Made by a program: the position numbers and the translations under genes | Notes under the pieces: generated by a model | Databases searched by the model: none | What the model was told of the DNA's origin: nothing | The model's input: only the letters and a program-made list of their open reading frames with translations | NCBI GenBank assembly: GCA_964016885.1 | Contig: OZ024743.1 | Coordinates: 12,648,001-12,712,000, forward strand | Reading direction: 5' to 3' | Source: Eledone cirrhosa | Taxonomy: Eukaryota | Length of the DNA stretch: 64,000 bases | Shown here: positions 53,290 to 64,000 of the stretch, one piece after another | Numbering within the stretch: the first letter of the stretch is position 1 | How the letters are laid out: each line of letters opens with the position of its first letter

Positions 53290-54833
53290 TTTCACAGGAG
53301 CGAAGCTGAACCGGGACAAGTCCATCGGTTTGCAACTCGAATCGTGGAGAGGCAAACCGATGCCTTCCGATGGCGTCGTCGGACGCTGGACGGAAGGACC
53401 GGTAAAGCTACTCGGGGTCTGGTTTGGTCCGGACCTCCAGGTGGAGAAGAACTGAAACTAGGTGACGGCCAAGGTGTTTGCACTCACCCAGAAGTGGCCC
53501 GAGTGCGAACTATCCTTGAAAGGTCGAGCGGAGGTGGCCGAACACTTTTATAGCGTCCGCCATCTACTACCGCTTGACCGTCGTGCCTTGTCCAGCCAAA
53601 ACGCTCACCAAAATGGAGCGCGCGCTCTTCCAATTCCTTTGGAAGAGGCGGGCTCCTTTGGTGAGAAGATCCATCTGCTGCCAACACCCTTCTAAAGGAG
53701 GGCTGGGGTTGCCGTGGCTGACGATGCGCAAACACGCGCTCAGGCTGCGGCATCTCTACGTATTTCTCACCGGACAACCGGTGTGGGCCTCGTTCGTGAG
53801 GCGAGCCTTCCCACGACTCGTCTCGCTGACCGAGCTGCAGTCCTGGGTCAAGCAAAGACCGAGGAAAATGGGCGACTGGCACATCGAATGTGCTCAGGCG
53901 ATTACAGCCCTCTGGCAGGCGGATCCGGCGATCAGTGGAGACTCCACTTCGTCATTCTATAGAGGGTTGATCCGCAGCAAGTGCGACGACGCGCTCGGTG
54001 AAACTCTAGGCGTAGAGGAAGATGAACTGGCCAGTCTGTTCGGTAGGACCTTCAGCCCGGGACCGATGGACAACTTTCAAAAGTCCCTGGCCTGGCAGTG
54101 CTACCGAGGAGCTCTACCAGTTCGAGACAAGCTCTACAGACATGGGCGCCCGGGCAGGGACCCTGCAAAAAAGATCTGTCCGAGGTGCGTACGAGACGAA
54201 GAAACCGTCGCGCACACATTCATACACTGCCCGGGCGTCACTGACCTGTGGGGCTATGTAGAACGACTATTGTCGCGGGTGGGACCAATCCGGTTGACCA
54301 CCGAGTCCATTGTCATGATCAAACCGCCACCCTCCTTCAAAAACGAAGGAGAGGCGGTTTTCCTTTGTATGATAGCTATGGCCAAAGAGGTTGCATGGTG
54401 GACAAGGTTGAAAGGGCTGAGGTCAGACACCTTTCTCTCCGGCCAACAACTGATTCTTTTTTTCAAATACCACTTTGGAAGAAGAATCAGGATGGAGAGA
54501 GGGGGGCTGTATCCCAGCAAGTTTTATGAAAGGTGGGTGAAAGTGGCGAGAATGGCCCGAGTGAATGGGCCTTCTCTCTATATCAGCCTGTAGGTTGAGG
54601 AAAAGGAGGAGGAGAGGAAAGGAGTACAAACTCTTCGTACTCCTGGAGATGAGGGTTGCACATTTTTTTCGGGGGTATGTGTTACCCATATGAACTGTCT
54701 CCCCCTATTGGGGAAAATCGACTAATTTTTAAATTGCATTTGTGATAATATTTTACACGTTTTTATTGTATGTAAACTTACCCCTTTGTATTTGTCCCCT
54801 TCTTTTGTGCCTCTGTGGCTAATAAAGAAACAT
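53290..54833 (+). mobile_element. 5'-truncated Tx1 copy, third subfamily
   Basis: ORF2 3' part (53574-54593); TCTA at 53197-53289 and 54834-54897. Confidence 0.93.
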
Positions 54834-54840
54834 ATCTATC

Positions 54841-54897
<57 letters not shown>

Positions 54898-55505
54898 CTT
54901 CGCCCTCGTGGTGCCACTAGACTGCACTGCGTCAACGACTAAGTTGTTTATGTCTCAACACAATCCTACTCCAGTAACTGTGAGTAAACATGAGGGTTAT
55001 GTTGTTTTGCAAAACCGAATTGGAATCATTCATGACATATACATAAAGAGGAGCAGGCTTTTACTGGTGTCATTCATAAAATGATACGTGCGGTCATGTA
55101 TTAATGGATACTTCTGAATCAAATTATTCGTCTGATTGATAACATGATGTGGTTCATGGTGGGAAGTACGACTATATATTTGTTAACTACTGTAATAGAG
55201 TGGACTCAGTTATGAATGAGTGGGTATGATGTTCGTTTCGTAACCATGAAGTCACAGGTTCGTGTCTTTAACATAGCCTCGGGTCGATCCAGCCTTTGTG
55301 AGTGAAATTTGGTAGACGGAAACTATGTCTAAGCCTATAGGATGGATTGTATTTCTAATTCAAACTTGCAACCTTTTAAGATATTGCGTCAAACGGATTA
55401 CAGTAAGGGTATATGTGCCAGTGGAATACTCAACCAAATATATGCTAATTCAGAAGGTAGACGTTCAGTTGATCGAACACTTGAATACTCTATCATTATT
55501 TTGAA

Positions 55506-55687
55506 CAGTGCTGAATTTAAGACAAATGAAGCCCTGTACTAGTTAAGTTATGAGGCCCCTTTGAACGTTTGACAGTCGAAAAACATTTGAAAATTCATCG
55601 TAAAAAAAAAAACATTTGGCAGCAAGATGGGAGCCTCCTGTCCAACGGGGCTCTGTGCTTAAGCGTACAATGGTAAATTCGGCACTG
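55506..55687. mobile_element. hAT-type MITE with 8-bp target-site duplication
   Basis: ATTTTGAA|CAGTGCTGAATTTA...TAAATTCGGCACTG|ATTTTGAA. Confidence 0.85.
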
Positions 55688-58600
55688 ATTTTGAATGCGA
55701 TACAATATGGATAAGCTATACGTTGTAGTTGATGTTTGGATCAAGCAGGCCCATGGTTAAATGCGTTACTGCTGTGAACACAACATCTTCCTTTTAATCC
55801 CATTTTCCAATGTGTACTTATCTTTCTTGAAGATAATACGTGTGCGATTTGATGGAGGTTTGGTTGCTTATGTTGCAAGTGTAGGGACCACTTAGCAGCT
55901 TACTTCGCTGGCTCGGGTACCAAATAATTGTAGCATGTGCAGTGGTTTGTATTCTTCGTTGCAACTACTTAAATTCCCTTACACTAACATTTCATCTGTG
56001 TAAAACATGCACATCCTTGCAAATCGCTAACTCTCCCTCTCCACAACATACATTTATATGCGAAGCTTTTAGTTTATGATATAATACATCAATATGTTGT
56101 CGTGTGTCATATCATGTAAAATAAACTCTTGGTGAACCACATAAGCGACCGAACCTGAATTTTTGTTTATGGTCAGTTCACTTCAATTCACCAATGCTAT
56201 TAATACCATTAAAATGGTATGAACGTTGAAGATTTTCCCCAAAGAAATAAAATGTTTTTAGGCATTTTGGCTAAATAAAAAATCGATAACACTTTAGCCA
56301 TGAACATAGGCAAACACATCTATTCTTCTGTATAACCATGAGGTTTGTGTATGAAATAAGTATGTACGTTTGTATGTCTGTATGTATGCATGTATGCATG
56401 AATGAATGCATACATGTATGTATGTATGTATCCATGTGTGTATGTATGTATGTATGTATGTATGTATGTATGTATGTATGTATGTATGTATGTATGTATG
56501 TTTGTATGTATGCATGCATGTATGTGCGGAAGAACTCATAAGAGTCAACGGCCATCCAAAAGTATATACACATGTACATATGTATGTATATGCGCGGGGA
56601 CATAGAAATAGTTGGGCTGGATACTCATTTGCGCGGTTAACCCGCAGGGAGTGAAGGACCCCTAGCCTTTGCCAGGACATTCTTCTAGGAGAAGGCAACT
56701 CAGGAAACTGGGATAACTCCGATATAAAACCTGCAGCTCAGTAGTTACCGATGATGTTGATCTTTTCTTATTTTCGGGTTATAGCTACTGTCGCTCAGAG
56801 AGTGGGATTGGCTCAGTGCACAGTCTTTCCTCACTTTAAAAAAATATCTTCACGCACAGGCATTGCATGATAGAATTAATTAATAATTATTAATAATGTT
56901 ATATTGTGCAATGGCCATACTCGATAACGAGGGGGCAGCCATCATGTATGTATGTATTTTTTTTAAAAGGGACTTTTCGTCCCTTAAAATAATTTGTCTT
57001 TTTTTTTCTATCTCTTCTTTCTATTGTTTCTTGTCAAATTCTTCTCTTACTATAGTTTACCCTCGGTCGCTTTCGTTATCTTTCAGAAGAAGGGCCTACG
57101 CCCCCAAAATTATAGACATTTCTATTCTGGTTTCTTTAAGCCTTACTCTAATGTCATCACACACACACACATACATACACACGTACACAAACACGCACAC
57201 ACACATATTTATGTGTATTTATGTACATATTAAAGTTATTAGATAACAATCGTATGATGAAAAAAGAAGTCGTTGTCAAAGAAGCAATGGAGGACCCTCA
57301 TATCCACAGAAGACCGGAAGAATCCAGATGATGTCGTGAGGAGGCAGATATGAAAGATAACACGAACATAACCAGTGTCTACACCACCAATGAAGACAAC
57401 TGCAGCGGCGAAGACAACTGTAGCGGCTGTCACCAAGGACAAAAAAAAAATAATAATAAATAAAAACTGTTCGGGACAGGCACAAACAAAGAAACCAAGA
57501 TATAATAGTAAGAAAAGAAAAATATAATAAAAAGAAAACAACTTCATTAAAAATAAAGATACTGGAAGAACAGATGGATAGATCAGGAGAGACGGAGGCA
57601 GCGACAGTGGCAGTTTGGTTCCGTTGTGTTCGGACCTGGTGTATATGTATATATATATATATATATATGTTTCACGGCCAATCACTCATACTGAAGTATG
57701 AAATGATTGGCATACAGAATTCTAAGTATAACCGTGAATTGGGAAAGCTCTAATACTCAAAACTTTTTCAATAGCAAAGACATGTAGAGACTTTACTATC
57801 TGACTAAGCTTACACCATCTGTAGGTTCTACCTAAAAGGTACCTGTTGCTACGGCAGAATGTGAAAACCTCTCAAGCTCTTTATCTTAAGCTCTGTCAGA
57901 GATGTAACAGATGATATAGCTATTCCTTGCAAAACCGGTAGGAACACCTACAGTGGATACAGCACAAATCGTCTTTCCTCATCAAAAGAAAATATACAGG
58001 CATAACACGGTATGTTCCCAGGAAAGGACAATTTTCAGACGTAGTAAGGATTGCAGCAGCTAAGCAACACCTTTTCTTTTAATCATGACACAGAAGACTG
58101 TAGGACAGTTGAACAGATACAGAGGCAAAATCGTGTACACCAGTACGTCAGACCACTACAAATGATAGATCTGGCACTTAGCCAAATGTCACACCTATAT
58201 TATTACTGGACGTCAGTAATTACTTATTTTGCTTGCGTTCTTCGCCACTTTCCCAAACTAGATAAATATATAAACACTTTCTAGGTACTTATTTTGTTGA
58301 TCTGGGACAGTTTGAATTTGAACTCAGAGTATAAATAAATATAATTCAAATTAATTTGTTCGACACTTAAACGGTTCTGCCATCTACATGTCAAATAGAA
58401 CAAAACAAAACAAAAAAAAGAGACAACAACAAAAACAAAACAAACCCAAAGCCCCCACAATGCCAGAGAGGGCAACAACGCCACACAAGCTTACTCATGT
58501 CTCTAGTGTTAGTACTCTATAGTAAGTAGCCAATATTTTACAAACAATATAGCGAACATTGGGGATGTATGTTACAATAGTGCCGAGTTCACCCGGTTTT

Positions 58601-60826
58601 GATCATCCATTGAGACCATTTTCATCTATTTACACAATTAAATAGCTTGGGGGAAAAGGGATTCACATCAGAGAATTCCATTTTCTACTTTGCTATGATA
58701 TGAATCTCTTTCTGCCTAGTCAACACCACCTCTCCCAAATCGATAATATCTTGTTAATTATCTGAATAGGTTATTCAGCGAATAAACCTTTTCCTCTTTG
58801 CAGTCCAGATTCTTTGCCATTGCAGCGCCGTCTTTCCCTGTTCTCTAATAAGTTTTCTATGGTTTGGGTCGGGTTATGAAAGCGCAACCGACATAATTTA
58901 ATATATGCAATCAACTGCGTATGGGATATTGATTAGAAGAAAAAAAAAAGTAATGAAGAAAGCAATTATAAGAAAGCAATTATAAGAAAACGATAAAGAC
59001 TAATGGATAACATTAATGAAACGATAAACCTCAGCGTCTACATCTCACTTCATTCAGAACGGTTTATTTCTTCTAACTATTCAATCTTCTGAATCACTAG
59101 AATCACTAGTAAAGGTCGCCGTGCCATGTTGTGAGTTTGGTCAAATCTAGAAGATCCTATAGCACGATTAGGTTGCTGCTGTTATGATAAGAGATCGATG
59201 CTTCACTATTGTTACCATGGACACAATAGAGTTTGACTGAGCTAATTTTAAATCACCGTCTTAAATCTATCCATGTTAAATTACGAATGGTTTTCGATCA
59301 ATACTATTTTTTGATGGAAGAATTATATTACTTGTTGTTAAGAGAATTTCTCTCTTTTCTCTCAAGTGGAGAATTCTCTATTCTCAGAATGGTTTCTGTT
59401 TGTGCAAGCCATTCACTTCTTCAAGCTGTTACTAAAATGGTACAGTACTTCTGCTATAGCAACCACATATATTATGGATGATGTTGTTTTGAAAATATTT
59501 TTCAACCACTTAAGCGAGTTCATTTACTTGTATGAAACAAAACAAAACGAAACGATAAAGAAAAAAAGGAAGAAAAATTGTCTGAAAATTTGGATCTTTG
59601 TAAAGATTTCGAAAAAAAATCGATATCAGAGCTGAATTGATAAGCTAGATATTATACTGCGAAGATCGATAAATTTATAGATAAAATTAACCTATTTTTG
59701 TATGGGGTGAATATCTTTACTACGGATGGCTCCAACAATGTGTTGCGTAATATTGATTTCTTACTGAGGTCCAATCTCATAAATATATGAGAGAGGAGTG
59801 AGATTGTGTAACATTCATACATTTCTCAGCCGGTTACTATAAATCCTTGCTTAATTAGAAAGAACTGAGTCTGGTAAAAATAATATATAAAAAAAGAAAG
59901 ATTTTAGTTGTTTAGTATTTCATGAGAGTGCAGAGGGTTGAATTTATAAGTGTACCGTATAACAAACCTATAAGTTAGAACTGATGGGTTGTGTTGATCA
60001 AATAGTAAAGAACCACATTGGGGTATCACAGTATTAGCAGCATTTAAACATTGATTCCTGTTTCTTGAAAATGAATTATTCAGTCGAAGATCTTTTTATG
60101 TAGGAGGGGTAGTTTGGGAAAAGAGAGCTATCTTAGTGAGCTATCTTACTTTAGCTTCATTAAAATGAAAAATTAATCTTTAATGGCCACCCTATGATCT
60201 AACATTTTACGGTAATCTCCATTATTAATCTTTGAGTTCAGCTCAGCTTGAAGAGTTGAGCTCAGAATACGAGTTGTACTAATTGCTTTTCAGTCGAAGA
60301 AAATTTAAAAATAAAAAATAGAAGAGTAAGGAAAAAAACATAAATATAATAACAAAATAATAAGATTGTGAAGACATAAATAACAGTGTAAACAGGGAGG
60401 CAAAAAGATAATTTAAGGCGTAGAGGAATAGGTTTAGTAAATTATACTGTGTTAATTTAGCTGTTTATGTCAGAATCGGTATGTTATTTTTCAGAATTTT
60501 AAATGAAATGGGATAGAAGTTTTTTTCCTTTCAGAGGCATCTTTAATAAACAAAAAGAATTACATCACTCCATGATCCTCGCCGATAAAATGGGGAATGT
60601 GTTACGTCAGAGAGACGATGGTGAAGAAGATTCACTGAAATTGCCAGTCTACCAAGCGGGGCACGTCCATATCCAATATAGTAGAAAGATGCCTGGTGGT
60701 TCATTGCTAAGTAATCATAATGACGTACGTAGAATTATATACATTTTATCGGTAGGAGCTACACTAAAGTTTTTATAGCTATAGATTATATAATAATTTC
60801 TCTCTCTCTATTATATATATATATAT

Positions 60827-60945
<119 letters not shown>

Positions 60946-60959
60946 CATACATACATACA

Positions 60960-60995
<36 letters not shown>

Positions 60996-61046
60996 TATAG
61001 GAAAATGTTCAAGACCCCGACGGCTGAGCTCAAGCCGTTTCGACGG

Positions 61047-61088
<42 letters not shown>

Positions 61089-61211
61089 TTTATAAATATA
61101 TATATATATATATATGTGGGAGTTCTATTTAAATTGTTGGGATACAACAAGCAAATATTTTTATAACTGATATAAAGCACTCAACAAATTATAAATAACA
61201 AATTGGAGTAA

Positions 61212-61579
61212 AATACGATATATTAACAAATGGAAACTATATTTATAAAACCATATTTATTTCATTATACATATTTCAAGGACACCAAGTTAAATTATGG
61301 TGTGCTTTCATCAGATAAAATATAATATAGAGCAGTTTTAAAAATAAATATTGACATACCCTTAAAGAATGCGACCATTTCTGTTGGAAGCTCCCGGAAG
61401 CTTCCAACAGAAATGGTCGCATTCTTTAAGGGTATGTCAATATTTATTTTTAAAACTGCTCTATATTATATTTTATCTGATGAAAGCACACCATAATTTA
61501 ACTTGGTGTCCTTGAAATATGTATAATGAAATAAATATGGTTTTATAAATATAGTTTCCATTTGTTAATATATCGTATT
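61212..61579. repeat. 184-bp-arm palindrome in (TA)n; PLE-derived
   Basis: Centre 61395/61396 in GGAAGCTCCCGGAAGCTTCC with one mismatch. Left arm extends ~96 bp to (TA)n. Related fragment at 10693-10765. Confidence 0.95.
61470..61532 (+). ncRNA. Type I minimal hammerhead (mirror copy at 61259-61321)
   Basis: ATTTTAT-CTGATGA-AAGCACACCA(TAATTTAACT)TGGTGTCCTT-GAA-ATATGTAT-A-ATGAAAT, overlapping AATAAA. Confidence 0.83.
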
Positions 61580-61955
61580 ATATATATATATATAGTTACA
61601 TACATAATTACGAGCTGGTTACTACCGCCTGACTTTAGTCTGTAATTTTCGATTCTTAACTAGTGGATTTGGGTAGTATTAAGAGTTATAATTAACTTCG
61701 ACATTAATGCTAAATTTTATATTAGTTTAACATATGGATATGTGGGTTTGCTTAAGTGAATGTGTAGCTTTGTAAATATTATATTCAAAGGTAGTTTTGG
61801 CAAATTGCATATACGTAGGTTATTTAGGTTACTGGATGAAGTTAATTATTATTGCTACAGAATGTAAGTTTTAATTACGGCTTTTATCTGTGATTGAAAA
61901 ATGTATTCATGGTTAATTATACTAAAGTAAACCTTTGTACAGAAGCGTCGTACCA

Positions 61956-61985
61956 TCTATACATCTATATAAAATTGTAGTTGTC

Positions 61986-62070
<85 letters not shown>

Positions 62071-62316
62071 TCATTTTTGCAAAGTCTATACAAATCCACA
62101 TTTATACTCCGATTGACTTCAAACTTGCATTTATATATTCCTTGCGGTCTAAAGATACTAACTGCAGCTTTTATTTTCCAATTTTCTGTTGTTAAAGGGG
62201 TGTTAGGCGCCGGTTATCGATCTCCGTCGAGCCCTTATAATATCTATCTGTATGTCTGGTTGTTTGCATAACGGCATTCTGACGAACACGTCATTGCTGA
62301 CGTATTATCTTCGCTA

Positions 62317-62358
<42 letters not shown>

Positions 62359-62519
62359 CTTATATATACATATATATATATATACACATATATACATATA
62401 CACACGCATATATACACATATACATATATATATATATATACATATACCAGCACATATACACATATATATACACATATACTTATATATAAATATACACACA
62501 AAAATGTATGTATATATAT

Positions 62520-62552
<33 letters not shown>

Positions 62553-63380
62553 CATACATACACACACACACACACATATATATATAATATATATATATAT
62601 ATGCATACACACTCACACATATATATATTATATATATATATGTATCTGTATATATATATATACACACATGTATATACACAGATACATTGTAGGTCGCTTT
62701 AACCCGTCTTTTATTATTCAAAAACTTCTTGCCAATAAACATTAACCCTTTGTGCACCATTCATCTAACTGTAGACCAACAAATACCAAGTAAACTGAGC
62801 GTTGACAAGAACGATGGTGAATGAATCTTAGAGGTAAGCAGTTTCCTCCCGAGCTGTTAGTTCACGCGGGATTCTCTGCTACACCTTTTCGTAATAATAC
62901 CGAACAACGTACTGCTGGTCACTCCTACCTCCAAAAGCCATACAAAGCGGACATGTGCATCGGGTGCAAATCTACACCAGGCCTACGCGAGAAATTCGCA
63001 AGGGACTGCACCGAGAGGGATAGAGAGAAAGAGTAACTTAGTGGAAAGAGTGCGAATGAACTTTTGAGGTAAGTAGCCTAGGCCTTACTGCTATGACACT
63101 GGAACTTTCAACCTTCTGCCTCCTGTGACTTTCTCTTTCACATTTACTCCAAAAGGCCAAAACAGAGGAGTATGAAAAAAAGGGGCTCAACAATATTTCT
63201 ATGAACAATGCACGTAGACAGCTAAACTGTACTTTCAACTTCTTAATTTTCTTCAAATAAAAGAAGTTTCCTGTCGGTATATTTTCGTGAGTTTTTAACA
63301 GGCACACACAAATAAACGTTTCTCATTGGTGGTGCTATTACCAATGTTCTTACCCGTGCAACGCCGGGATACACTGCTAG
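61956..63380 (+). mobile_element. Non-autonomous Helitron with internal microsatellites
   Basis: Starts A|TCTATACATCTATATAAAA; ends CCCGTGCAACGCCGGG..CTAG|T. Confidence 0.7.
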
Positions 63381-63394
63381 TATAATATAATATG

Positions 63395-63939
63395 GTTTCT
63401 GATTTAGGCATAGCGCTAGCAATTTTGGCGCAGGGGAAAGTCGATTAAATCAACCCCTATACGTGATTGGTACTTTACCACCCCCTACAGATGAAAGGCA
63501 AAGCTAACCTAGGCGGAATTTGAAATCAAAATTTAAAGGGTCATAACTCTATGCCGCAATGCATATCCAACGTTCTACCGATACTGCTAATACACCGTCC
63601 AATAATATACTATAATTGTTTTTACTTTTGGCACAAGGCCAGCAATTATCCCAATGCATTACTGGTACTTTATTTTATCGACCTCATAAGGATGAAAGGC
63701 AAAGTTAACTTTGATTTGAACTCAGACCATAAAGGGCCGTAACTCTATGCTGCAAAGCCTGGCGTCCGACCCTCTACCGATACTGCCAATCCAATCCAAT
63801 ATAATATAATATAATATGATATAATATAATATAATTGTTTCTATTTTTGGCACAAGGCCAGCAATTACTCAGTACATTACTGGTACTTTATTTTATCGAC
63901 CCCGTAAGGATGAAAGGCAAAGTTAACCTCGGCGGGATT
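63395..63939 (-). mobile_element. Three adjacent SINE copies (63395-63600 diverged, 63617-63792 full, 63836-63939 truncated)
   Basis: Each carries the GGATGAAAGGCAAAG core and CAAGGCCAGCAATT-type tail of the family at 4551. Confidence 0.85.
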
Positions 63940-64000
63940 ATAATCTTTATAAGAAAACCCAACTGTCACGTGACAACCACTTTGCGCTAGATTTGCTTGT

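Noticed and set aside
46837-54897. Repeat-spacer pattern resembling a CRISPR array
   Set aside because: The repeats are variable-length microsatellites and the spacers are 0.6-4 kb LINE fragments. No cas genes; eukaryotic context.
55200-55915. Possible further old SINE fragments (also 23110-23230 and 39268-39422)
   Set aside because: Partial resemblance only; boundaries and family could not be fixed by eye.
57239-58284. Hydrophobic ORF 57239-57685 and a CRFYLKGTC snippet near 57818
   Set aside because: The ORF is the antisense of an A-rich tract. The snippet may be a decayed LINE ORF1 finger but is too short to call.

Overview
AT-rich, microsatellite-dense animal genomic DNA with no recognisable host gene. 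The SINE types and repeat style suggest a mollusc, probably an octopus-like cephalopod (inference). The window is almost entirely mobile DNA. (1) Nine same-strand copies of L1/Tx1-clade LINEs from several subfamilies all end in (TCTA)n, and every copy whose 5' end is visible also starts at (TCTA)n. They include a six-copy head-to-tail stack at 41.1-54.9 kb whose first copy has intact ORF1 and ORF2. (2) About a dozen short (TA)n-embedded cassettes are mostly long near-perfect palindromes or inverted/tandem duplications. Most carry a type I hammerhead-ribozyme fold of the Penelope-like-element (PLE) kind, one retains a GIY-YIG C-terminus, and one is a non-coding 597-bp tandem array with a variant hammerhead in every unit (retrozyme-like). 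(3) An R4/Dong-like RLE LINE and RTE-like tails lie in (TACA)n. Also present: a CRE-like fragment, an RTE LINE, four non-autonomous Helitrons, hAT-type MITEs and tRNA-derived SINEs. All calls are by eye, with no searches or folding run. Boundaries are approximate to a few bases.
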